64,000 nucleotides of DNA, from positions 930,001 to 994,000 of the forward strand of contig OZ025801.1 of assembly GCA_964019425.1 (NCBI GenBank), read 5' to 3'. Made by a program: the position numbers and the translations under genes. The notes below the pieces were generated by a model. The model was not told the origin of the DNA, did not search any database, and was given only the letters and a program-made list of their open reading frames with translations. The DNA is from Flectonema sp. DT1601 (lineage: Eukaryota). This document shows positions 48,032-59,593 of the stretch, one piece after another (the stretch's first letter is position 1; every line of letters starts with the position of its first letter).

Positions 48032-50721
48032 ATGGGATGTACTCCGTCAAAGGATGACAAGAAGAAAGATGATCGAAGACGCTCTGAAGCACCGAATGAA
48101 GCACCCGAGAGAAAGAGTAAGAAACCTCCAACAAAACCACCTGGAGGAGGTGGGAAGGATAAAGTACCAAAACCAGGACCAAAGTCAGCAAGACCTGCTC
48201 CACCTCCCTTCTCTAAGGGTGCTGCTGCTGCCGCCGCTACCAGTGCTAATTCGTTAATGGCTAAAAGCATGCCAGAAGCTGGATCGCAGTCTCAGCTGCT
48301 GAAGACCGCTGCAACGGCAGCCGCCGCAGCGGTTGGAGCCCCTCAGGTAAATCCAAAAAAGGTAAACGGACTCGCCATCGTCATCAGCATCATTGCAACT
48401 GCGACCGCTGCAGCCGTTGCTGAAACCAACGCACAAAAAAAACGCGAAAAGAGGCAAAAGAAAGAAGCAGAGGAACAAGAACGCCGTTTCGCCGCTGAAG
48501 AACGAGAAGCAGCAGTACTTCGAAGAGTTGAAGAAATGGAACGCAGAGCTGAGGAAGCAACTAGAAAGCTTGAAGAAGCACACCAAAAGTTAAACAAGTC
48601 AGACTCAACCTTTAAATCAATAAGTGATGATGGCTCAGACAGCAGTAAGAAATCACCTCAACGTAGTCACCTGTACTCTGAGTCACCTGGAAGGTCACCT
48701 GGTCTTCATGAAGATCCACACACGGCAGTTATTGAACTTCGTCAAGGTCTTGGTGTCTACACTATTGAAGAAGAGTTACAGCCTCCTGGAACTGGAACAC
48801 GTTTCTCAATAAAGAATACCACTGATTTCACTGCAGTAGTATCTCTTTCCTTTATTGGGTCGAAGAATCTTGAATTTCAAATACCCGAATCTTCAGCCGC
48901 TCGCGGTGTTACTCACTCAACAATAAAACCTCCTGACGGTGTTGAGGTTTGCGGTGAAACAGGACCCACAGACCAACTCACTCTGTGTATTGTTAAACCA
49001 GCCAATGTTTACTCACAGTTTACTATTTGTGTACAATCGAAGTGGCAGTTGTTAGCCGATAAAGACCTTGAAAAGCCTGCTAGCAATAGAGTTATGATAT
49101 CAAAAGAAGCAGATGCTCATGTTTATTCACCACCAGCAAGGTCGGAGTCAAGAAGTCCAGGGAAGTCTAGAAACCAACAATCACCAGACGGAAGTTGTGA
49201 TGTTAGCAGTTCATCAAAAGAGTTGCACAAATTACGTCAAAAAGAACAACACGGTGATGGTATAGTGGGTGCTGCAATTAAATACAATATTCCTTTTGTG
49301 GATCCAGACTTCCCACCTGATCCTCACATAGAAAGGCATACTCAAAGACCCTGCTCTTCTTGGCAACGAGCTGAAAAAGTTTATAGAAAAGCAAATAAAA
49401 TATCAGTAAACTCATTGTCTCAGGTGTTACAACCAAAACCGTGCAGTTTTGAAACTACTGGTGAAGCTATGAGGTGGGTTATAATGGGGATTTGTGCATT
49501 GTTAGATCAGAGTCCTGATGCTCTCTATAGTCTGTATCCGTGCTTAGTAAATCCAAACGACCGTTCAGATGCTCTTCAGAAGGTAAGCGCAGTTGACAGT
49601 TGGTGGTGCGCTAACGGATGGTGGGTAAAACAAACATTAGATTCTTACATCCCAGTAGACAACGGTCTTCCTTCCTTAGTAGTCTCCAAAGAAGTATGGC
49701 CATCTCTCGTTCTGAAGGCATACGCTAGGAGTAGAGGAGGGTTTAATAACATTAAATATGGTACTATCGGTCATTTCCTACAAGATGCAACTGGATGCCC
49801 TTATAAAAGAATTCCCTTCACATTCGCAACTGAAGAATGCAATACTGGTGAAGAAATAGAGGAAGGAGACAGTGACCTCTTTAACTTATGGGAAACTATT
49901 AAAGAACATTTATCACTAAAACACATCGTTGTTGTCAATACCAGAGAACATAGTGCTTCTGAACTTACTTGGAGAGGTGATTGTGATATAGAAATTGAAG
50001 ACTCAAAAAGTCCACCCCTATGGGCATTTCCACCTGACACATCATTGCCTATACTGGATGCTAGAGAGGATGCCACTGATATTAGACACAACTCTGTAAG
50101 GTTAAGGAATAGATGGGGATGGCCACTCGAAATAAACGACGCAGAAGTAGATAAATCAGATCGATGGGTCAGCTATTCGGATCTACTCAACGGGTTTTCC
50201 AGTTTAACAATTTGCTTTCTCTCTCCCGGTTGGAATGACATGCGTGTGAAAATCCACGCAAAAGCTCAACTTGATACTTATTTCGAATTATTCGTCACAT
50301 CTGAGGCACAGCTTCAAATTTGGTTAGGCTCAGCAACTCACAGCAAGTCACTTATGGGACTTCTTATTTTAGAGCCAACGTCTGATAACCGTTATGGAAA
50401 TTACAAATCAAAAACAGTTCTCGGAATTGAGAAAAGCAGTCAAATTTGGGGTGAAGTGACACTTGAGAAAGCAGCATCTCCTTATCTCATAATACCTTTA
50501 CTGTATCGAGATCCTGATGAGTTTGGGTCTGCTGACGTTTACGATGCTATCGATGAATATATTTTATCAATTCGATCTCATGAGAACACTAAAGGTAAAG
50601 CGGTGTTTAAACAATCGTCATCTCAACTTATTACCCAAGCAGAGTTAGCAGCCATTCTTCAAAGTGGTGATAGTAAAACGGTTGCTGAAGACAAGTCTGG
50701 TCATGCCGTCACTATCAAGGT

Positions 50722-50753
<32 letters not shown>

Positions 50754-51171
50754 GACACAAAAATTTTTTGAAAAAAAAAAAAAAAAAAAACAGCTTCTAC
50801 AACAATACCGATGGCTTGGTTGTGCGGTAATAAACTCAACTAGTTCAGCTGTACAGTTGAACGTTAACTTTTCAGGATCTGAGGGCTACGTTATTCAAAA
50901 ACTAGACAACCAAGTTTCTCAAGAAACAAACGGTTCTTTAACCATAGTAGTACCACCGAGAACTACGACGTTTTTATGTAGTATGGTCAGTTCAGAGGAA
51001 TCATGGTGCCATTCTTTACAAGCTGTCTGTCTTTGGATGAGGTCAAGTGACGTACTTAAGACTGCAACTCCAATGGAAACTTGTATCAATACTGGAAGTT
51101 ACCCAAACATCTATAAAGAAGCACAGTTGAATGGGTTGGCTACGAGAACTAATCAGGTCTCACTCTCTTGA
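48032..51171 (+). CDS. Calpain-like protein, probably inactive and N-terminally acylated, ~1021 aa; exons 48032-50719, 50794-51171
   Basis: MGC N-terminus. FVDPDFPP, WQRA, LDSYIP, EVWPSLVLKAYA, LQDATGCP and VRLRNRWG. Intron 50720-50793. Confidence 0.85.
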
Positions 51172-51641
51172 AAATGGGACATTTTTAAAAAAAATAAAAA
51201 AAAAAAATAACAGCAAACTGTCACAATAAAAAAAAAAAAAAAAACAGGTTTGCTAATAGATAAAATAATACCTGTACCAATAAAAAAAAAAAAAATAAAA
51301 ATAAAAATGTCGTATTTTAATTTTTCTTTAACTAATTAATGTTAGCGACTCTGCAGCACTTAATGGATACATGCCTGTATTTCACCTTGGTATGGCGCAC
51401 TTGTAGTGCTACGCTGACGTTTTTTTTTTTTTTTTGCGATTGTAAGTACACCCCCTACTCAGTTCCTATTTAGATGAATCCCCTTCCAATGCTGTCAGCA
51501 CAGTCTGGTTTTTCTTTTCATTCATTTTTTAAAATAAAATTTTTATATTTTAATTTTTGCTCATAATCAGATGCACATGAACATGTTTTAGAGAGGTCAT
51601 AATATTGTTGTTGTGACACACGGAGAACTTCTGGTAGTACA

Positions 51642-52514
51642 ATGGTAAGTCCTTTCTTGTCACAGAGGTGGGGAAAGAAAAAAAATAATAATAATAAAAA
51701 AATGATGTTTCGTGAAAAATGCCTTAGTGATTTCCGTGTTCCGAAGAATACTTTTAGAGCGAAGATTAAGAGGGTGGGAAACACTGGTGCTGGATTTTCG
51801 ATTGCGGGTGGACTTGTTTTGTTGACAATTACAAAAGGAAGAGGTAATTGGAGAAAGAATCTTTCATTAATCGGGCACTATCCTATATCAGGTCTGATCG
51901 TGGGAGGAACGTATGAACTGATGCTAGAGGCGGGAGATTTTCACCACACTCCGTTATTATTCGCAACATCAGCAATGTTATCATTGACGCCGACTATGAT
52001 GATATTAGGACAACGGATATCTAATGCTGCAATGTTCGCATTTCTTACGAGTATTGCTTGTTTTCTTTGTCAATTCACCCAAGAAAGACTTGTCGTTTCG
52101 AACACCGCAAACCGCTACTTCGATTTATATGACAAAAACACTTCTCCAAACAGATTAAAAGATGCAGATAGAATAATGTATGAATTATACATCAAGGATT
52201 TCAATGAAAAAAACGCCGTGTCAGCCACAAGCAAACATAAGCGCGTTCACATCGACGACTTTCGTGACGAGGATGGAAATATTAACTACGGCGCGTACAA
52301 TCAAGCTCATAGACTTTACATATTGCAAGGACAGGGAAAATGGTCTACTTGGATTCTCGAATTTCTTACCGATTTAAATGCCGCCTACGCTTACGCGTTT
52401 CATGAAGTTTCATCTGAAATAGGAAACTCACATATAAATGAGGGACCTCGAGAACATCTACCTCCTGCGGCAGTGAAACGAGCTGAGATAATAGTTGAAA
52501 AGTACAGAAACTAA
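51642..52514 (+). CDS. Hypothetical membrane protein (true start uncertain)
   Basis: 290-aa ORF with about four hydrophobic Gly-rich segments. The 5' part looks intron/UTR-like (GTAAGT, A-run). Confidence 0.65.
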   Translation: MVSPFLSQRWGKKKNNNNKKMMFREKCLSDFRVPKNTFRAKIKRVGNTGAGFSIAGGLVLLTITKGRGNWRKNLSLIGHYPISGLIVGGTYELMLEAGDFHHTPLLFATSAMLSLTPTMMILGQRISNAAMFAFLTSIACFLCQFTQERLVVSNTANRYFDLYDKNTSPNRLKDADRIMYELYIKDFNEKNAVSATSKHKRVHIDDFRDEDGNINYGAYNQAHRLYILQGQGKWSTWILEFLTDLNAAYAYAFHEVSSEIGNSHINEGPREHLPPAAVKRAEIIVEKYRN

Positions 52515-52807
52515 TCTCCTCAATCCATCGATTTGGGTCATTATTCTTGATTAATTGATATTATAACCGTAGGGTAAGGGTGAGTAGTATTTGGTCTTTT
52601 ATCAGTCGCTCGCATTTCCACTTTTTTTTATTGAGGTGGTGAGTTGGTATTTCCCAACGTAACAGTCGTATCTACTGCAATAGTTCACTGTCACAGGAAG
52701 ACCTATAAAAAAAATGAATTAAGTTTGAGCTGGGGTAGCTGCTTAACTGTTTATTTCAGTATGATCATATTTAGTATTTTTGATTCCTCCACAGGACGCT
52801 GATTGAG

Positions 52808-53170
52808 ATGGCTGCGTTGCCGGCGGCATCAGGAGCGATGCAGACACCTATCTGGCTGACTGCAGCTATGAAGGATTCAGCAACTCATCAAATATTACTT
52901 TCTCTTAGTGATCCAGTAGCACTACCGCGGATTAAACCTTTATCACAAGATGGTGATAAGAAGTATTCTTTAATGATGGTCAGCAGTAGATTTGTTGGTC
53001 TCAGCAAACCAGAAAGACGAAAGCTACTCTTAGGAAGAATGCGTGAACTCTTCTCTAGAGAGAAAAGGAAAGTAATGGCAAAAACTATCGAGTGGGATCT
53101 CCTAACTCCTCAACAATATGACTGGCTGTACAACGGAAAGTATCAGTCACCGCCTGTTCTTCCACAGTAG
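52808..53170 (+). CDS. Divergent BolA-like protein, 120 aa
   Basis: YSLMMVSSRFVGLSKPERRKLL...LTPQQY matches the BolA VVS..F.G...RHR...TP pattern. Confidence 0.7.
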   Translation: MAALPAASGAMQTPIWLTAAMKDSATHQILLSLSDPVALPRIKPLSQDGDKKYSLMMVSSRFVGLSKPERRKLLLGRMRELFSREKRKVMAKTIEWDLLTPQQYDWLYNGKYQSPPVLPQ

Positions 53171-53639
53171 TACGATATTACTGAAAAAAAACAGTGACAA
53201 TTAATTTCAGGTATAAGAACACAGATTGACTACCAACAAAACACCGACTGATAATAATAATAATCAATTATTATTATTTTGGCAGATTTGAGTCTGATGA
53301 CTGTTTTCGTTTTAATTTTTTTTTTTTATACCCACTTTCTGTTCTTGTCCTTTCCTCAAAAAAAAGGAAAAAACAGCATTTTCCTTCGATCGGAAAACCA
53401 CGCAGTAGTTGCGTGGGTTAATTATGTTAATTTAAAACAAAAGTAGCCGACGCCATCGATCATTTCGAAAAAGGAGAATCTTCCACTCAAAAAAGAGATT
53501 CACTGCATGGCTCGACCTGTGTTGTCATCCTTCCTAAAGATAGGAAATAATTATGATGAGGACATTATTGTGTTGTGTTTCTTTTTCATTCTTTTTTATG
53601 TTGTTATTCAATTCGACACCAGCAACACAAACTAACAAC

Positions 53640-54601
53640 ATGTCTGACGACGGACGTTCAGCAAAAAGATGTGAAAACATGACACTAGACAAGGCGGTTA
53701 AAATTTACATTTATTTTGTAAGAGTAACCGTGGCTATAATGACTGCTGTTTTGGTATTCTTTTTTGGACTCTCAATGGAGAGAGAGTGTAAGAGCAGTCG
53801 ATTAAATTTCGTTGGGAAGATGTTTTCCGTTATATCATACATGGGATACATCTTCATGTCTGCATTGGTATTCATTGTACAACTCGAGCTTAAATTCTTC
53901 TTAAAATACATTAACATGCTGCACTACTGGCCTGCTAAGGCTGGAATGCAGATATTTCTTGGTGTTCAAACATTAAACGCAAAAGAGAATCTAGACACTG
54001 CTGGGCTATCAAGTGGTACTCAACGTGTCATTGCTGACATCACCGGATGGATTCTGGTATCTACAGGGTTGTCGTTATTCGCTCTTTGTATGTGTTGCTT
54101 ATTATATAGTATGATAGACTGACTGTTTGGGGAAAAAACAAACAAAAAAAAACAACAGCACTTTGCCGAATGAACAAAGACGACCTCTCAGCCTATGCTA
54201 ATGTAGCAGCTGATAGCTTAGCGAGAAATGCCAGGAAATTAAAAGAGAAAGCGGAACACGCAGGTAAGTCAGATACTCATGAAAATATCCAAGGAGAGGC
54301 AACATCACCTCCGCTATCAACAGCGCTACTTAATCAACAGCCTGAAGAATCACTTCAGCAGTTGGATGATGAGGAAGATGCTAGTGGAGCTTTCCCTTTC
54401 AATGTAAACACCAGCGAAAGAACAGTAAAAACTGCTAAAGGTGACGAGCCGTACAGCCCACCAGCTGCATTCGCTTCCGGAACTCTTGATGAAGACATAA
54501 ACAGCAGAAGACAACGTGAAGACGATGAACTTGAAAAGATGTACGCCAATGCGATGGGAGCCAATGCTTCAAAACCTACAACGTTTGATGCTGCAGACTA
54601 A
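53640..54601 (+). CDS. COPI-associated (Tvp15-like) membrane protein, 296 aa; exons 53640-54087, 54159-54601
   Basis: About four TM segments with QLELKFFLKYINMLHYWPAKAGMQIFLG. The intron links to an acidic cytosolic tail in frame. Confidence 0.7.
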
Positions 54602-55056
54602 TTCACGTAATTTATATTTTAGCGATGCAGTACTCTTAAAGCCGAACTCAAGTCAGAATCTAATATACGACTACTGATGAGATAAGAAACAGCAAACGGC
54701 GATAGAATCTACGTCCTGAACCGGAAGTGCTGCAAAGTGTTTGTAGCTGTACGATATTTTATTGGGGGACTGTCACCCTTATTTAGTTTAGGGTTGCTAC
54801 TTGTTGATGGTCTTGTTTCCTTCCCTTGCCCCCCTCTCTGAATTCTTTCAAATGGTTCGTCTCAATTAAAAAAAAAAAAAAAAAAAAGTCTCTTTTTTCT
54901 GTTACGTTTTACTATAGCTGTTGTACTAGTGAAAATATTTGTTCACAAAAAAAAAAACAAAAAAAAAAAAAAAAGTGAATTGTCTGTTACCTGTTTGAGT
55001 CATCCCTATGAGTTTATATTATTTTATAAACACAGGTCAGGGCCAAGTATTTTATA

Positions 55057-55556
55057 ATGCGGCTGGGAGTTCAGCGAAGAGGCTTCATGACGCCTCCTAT
55101 CGGTGGGACAGTACAGCTGGCATTCTCAGATCAATTTAGAGGAAGGGCTTATAAAAAAAGAGAGCAATTGCTTCCGGGAATTGCAGCAGGTGACGGTCAT
55201 GACGAAGCAGCGGGTACTCAGTCACAGATGGGTAGACAGCTTAATACGTTACGACGAATGCCTGATATAGATGACCCAAGACCTCCAATTGTAGGATGGA
55301 AACTTAAAAATATGGACTTTGACGGATCCCTTCCTCTCGTTCCAGTTATAAACGTCAAAACTGACGGTAGAAAAATCCTTCAAGGATTATACAAAAATTT
55401 CAGGGAGTTGTACAACACTCATTTTACTGTGATTCCATTATTTGGTGGAGGTACTTGGGATCCCAGAGTCAAAATGGGACCTCGAGTCCAAATACACCCA
55501 ACTGCTACTGTCGCAGGAAATATCCTTATTGAGGACTTGGCGTTCTTTTTCCGTAT

Positions 55557-55587
<31 letters not shown>

Positions 55588-56475
55588 CTAACTTTTAAAT
55601 AATAAAAAAACAACAGCTGGGGTGGTGATCAGAGGAGACTTAAACAGCATCGAAATCAGAACGAATTCTCTCATAATGGAAGGAACTGTTATCTGTACAG
55701 ATGGTCATCCACGTAACGTTAACGTTCCAGGTCGTGTCTCGAGATTGAATGAAGGTCAAACACGTATCGGGGTCTACTCGATTATACATCCTAATTGTGT
55801 AATTGATTCTTCTACTATTCAAGACTACTGCGAGGTAGGTGAAGGATCAATTGTATGTAATGTTAACAATCCTTAACTAATTCTGATTTCTTGGATTAAC
55901 AAAAAAAAAAAAAAAAAAAATTAAAAAAAAAAACAGCTGGGATACAATTCCTTGATGGAGATGGGATCAGCACTGGAGCCTGGAACCAGACTGTTGGCAC
56001 ATCAGAGAGTACCGAGATTTGAAATTTGGGGAGGGAGTCCAGCTAGAAAAGTGGGTAGCAGAGCAAAGGATATTCTCTTATTACAGTCTCATTGTACACT
56101 CTCTATGCGAGCTCTCGGTATTCCTCTGTTTGAAAACTTCTTATGTAAAGCCAACTCCGTATCTGGAATCAGATCATCAGAGAGACTTGAAAATGGATTC
56201 AACGCCAAGATCGAAAGCAATCGCAACAATCTTCCAACGGTTGTCAAAGATATGATCTCAGAAAACACTAGAGAGGTACCACTTTGGGAAGAATACAAGG
56301 TATGATATTTGGTTTTTTTTTTTTTGCATCACTTAATCTAATTACAATCTACCAGCAATAAAACAATAAAATAATATTACAGAATTTAACTCGTATGCAA
56401 ACCAGACCAGGACATCGTAAGGCAACAGATTGGAATTACAACCCAAACACTGCTAAATGGGTTGACGCTCTGTAG
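55057..56475 (+). CDS. Gamma-carbonic-anhydrase-like hexapeptide-repeat protein (probable complex I-associated), 395 aa; exons 55057-55552, 55617-55852, 55937-56299, 56383-56475
   Basis: IHPTATVAGNI, PGVVIRGDLNSIEI, VGEGSI and EIWGGSPARKV. Mitochondrial-type N-terminus. Three in-frame introns. Confidence 0.85.
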
Positions 56476-57311
56476 TCATGTCTTTATACGTTATGAATAT
56501 AGTTGTGCGCAGCTTGAATTTCTTTTTGCTGCTACTCAAAGGATCTTATGATGAAAGTATCGATGGGGATCTGCTGAAGTGTTTTCCTTCGTAATCTCCA
56601 TGACGATCAGGGTGATGGAGGCAACATGTGAATGGTGCTCATCTAATCGTTTCACCCTCTCGTGTAAGACTGACTGAAAACTGCAGCATTCACGAGATGA
56701 CTGCGGGGGGTCTTTTTCTCTGTCATTCCCATTCCCTTTTTTATCCCCAATGTAACAACCACGTTAGTGTGTAGACTCTTTCTATTGTGAGAAGGACAGA
56801 ACAAGAACTGAAAGAACAAAATTTTCCAAGAAAGAAAAACTTTAGGTCTGTAAACTGATATGTGGAGAACGAAAACTAATGAGTGGAATCGTATTTGTAG
56901 ACAATGGGATGCTCTGTTCTTTACTTCCGGGGAGTTGATCTCCGACCATCCCTATTCTTCGGATAGTGTTTTTTTTTTTTCCTTTCCATCCCTTTTCCTA
57001 ATCAGTAATTATTCGAGACCCTTTCGCTTAGAATGACTACGTAATTAAAAAAAAAAAAAAAAAAAGCCGAGAGATGCCGCTTGGTGTGGCACAATTTTCC
57101 TTGTCTGGGGCTTGGCTTGTCAATTCCATCAAAGAAATATGAAAAAAAAAAAAACAAAAACAAAAAAACAGTGTTATCGGAGGCATTGTTAAATAAGCCT
57201 AAAAAATGCTAGTGTGAGTCTTTTGGATAATCTGTCGACTTTTCTTTTTTTTTTTTTAAACACCGCCCATTCCAATAACATATTTTTAACTCTCAACAGA
57301 ATCCAACAACG

Positions 57312-59593
57312 ATGGATGACGAACTCTATCAGGATACCAGATCTAAATTATATCGACTAGAATACGGGGAATGGACTGCCGTTGGAGTTGGTCATGCGAC
57401 AATTGAAGTACATGAGGGAGGAGGTGGCAGACTTCTTCTTGTCGACGAAGAAGATGCAAGAAATCTATTAATAATCCACAACTTAGAAGTTGGAGCAGTA
57501 CAAAGTTATCAAAAACAACAAGATACTTTGATACTATTTACAAATCAACAAACACAAGAAGAATTCGGACTAAGTTTTGAAGCACCTGCGGGATGTGCTT
57601 TAATCTGGAAGGGAATCATGCATGTAATGTCAGATGGAAGTGATACTGAAGACGAAATACAACCTCTACCAGAGATCACGAGAGAAAACCTTCCGCTGAT
57701 AATTGACCTTCTTGAGGATGCTTCTCTTCCAATGAGGGATTCACTCTTTAAAGAATCATACTCAAAACAAATTATAGATGGTGAGTTATTACAAGGATTC
57801 TTTAATGTATTTAATGAGTCTGAACAACACATGGACATGAATTGTTTACATGGAATTTGGAAAGTATTTAAAATTCTTTTTACTTTTTCAAATCAAGCCT
57901 TAACGAGAACGATGTTATCCTCAGAATACATCATTGATGTTATTTCATGTTTTGAGTACAATCCTCTTCGACCTGGTAAACGAGCAAATCACAGAAAAGC
58001 TTTAGAAAAAATTTCATTTAGAAATCCGCTAAACCTCGATAAAGGACTCACTGAAAAGATTAAAAAAATACATCACATGCAATACCTTAAGGATTCGGTC
58101 TTGGCAGCTTTCCTAGACGACCAAGTCTTCGACTGCCACATTATAATTAGTAAAAATTATATATTACGCAGTATCATATACGACACTACTAGTATGGAGC
58201 ATTTATTCGAAGTTTTGGGAACAAAACCTGCTTCCGACTCTGCTAACATAAATGAAGTAATTTCTGTATTGCAACTCTTGCAAGAGTTGGTTGCTGCGGC
58301 GAAGACGTTGCCGATTTCACATAGGACTGATTTTCTTGATAACTTAAAAGGGAAGGGATTGTTTGCGGTTCTCGCGCCTTTTATTACACATTCACAATCG
58401 AGTGTCAGGGCTAACGTTGCTGATATTTGTTGGCATCTTTCAGTTTTAGATGTAAACCTGATGAGGGAATTCTCTGTTCAGGAATCTGAGCAACTCGCAT
58501 CCTGTCCTCTACTTCGTCATATATTCTATCAAGTTGTCCATGAACAAATTGAAGGCTTGCAACAACAATGGCAAGACGTCGTTCGGTTGCTGACAGAAAC
58601 ACAAGTCCAAAAAGCTCAGTTTGCATTCGCTGGTGGACCAACCCCTCCAACAATGCCACCAGGATTTATAAATTTATTATACGAATCATTACCTCCACAT
58701 GTATCTGATAAATCATTGTTAAAAAGACCAATTGTTGAGACGCTGTTTGATCCAATTATATATCACTCTAAGAATTATAAAGGAGATCCCAAAGACATTC
58801 CATCTGAATGTCGAGTGTTCTTCGAAGATGTAAACAGAGCTGATGACATCGTTTATGTTGTGTTGCCGTTGTTGTCGACGTGTATTGCTGGCCATCCTGC
58901 AAGGATGAACTGTGCGTTGTTGTCGAGTAGAATACCAACTCAAATAACTAATATCATAGTAGCTTCTCCTCCTCCAAAGAAACATTTGTATTTGTCTGTA
59001 ATTTGGTTTGTTCGTGCCCTCGTTACGTCTGACGATGAAATGATGAATCGGAATATTGTTTCAGAAGATTTGCTTTCAGTGGTGTTTAATTTGCTTTCAA
59101 AAAATCCTCGTTATAACCTTCTCAACTCCTCTTTGCTTTCTGTGTTAGAAAGTATCTCAAGTCAGAATCACCGAACTCTCACGAAATACATTGTTTCCAA
59201 GTATTCTGATAAACTGAAAGCAATAGACTACGTATCTACAGGATCAATGATTGTGACTAAGCAACAGGCGGTTGAGAGTTCAAATTCTGGTTTGTATTCT
59301 CTCTTTAAATTAATTATATTTTATCAAAATTAATTCAACAAAAACGAAAACAGGAAAACGATCATCTGCGGGAATAGATACCAGCAGTCCATTCGCAGCA
59401 AAGCTTGATGACAGTGATTACAACTACTTTGATGAGGACGATTCTCCAGCTCCACTTCCAGTATGTGAGTAACCGTTAAGTATTGTTGACTATCAAAGTA
59501 TTAGAAACATAAAATAAACCAAAACAGGCTGGTGATGAAAAACGACCTCGTTACAACAGTGATAATGAGAGCAGTAGCAGTATACCTGCGTGA
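57312..59593 (+). CDS. PPP4R3: Protein phosphatase 4 regulatory subunit 3 (SMEK/Psy2), 716 aa; exons 57312-59289, 59354-59460, 59528-59593
   Basis: EVH1-like KLYRL..W...GVGH, YQKQQDTLI and LSFE..GC..IW. Also FEYNP, YLKDSVL, RYNLLNSSLL and acidic DYNYFDEDD in exon 2. Confidence 0.9.

Noticed and set aside
24691..56475. Functional clustering of mitochondrial genes (M16, CHCH, NDUFAF7, BolA-like, gamma-CA)
   Set aside because: Interspersed with unrelated genes over 30 kb; compatible with chance.
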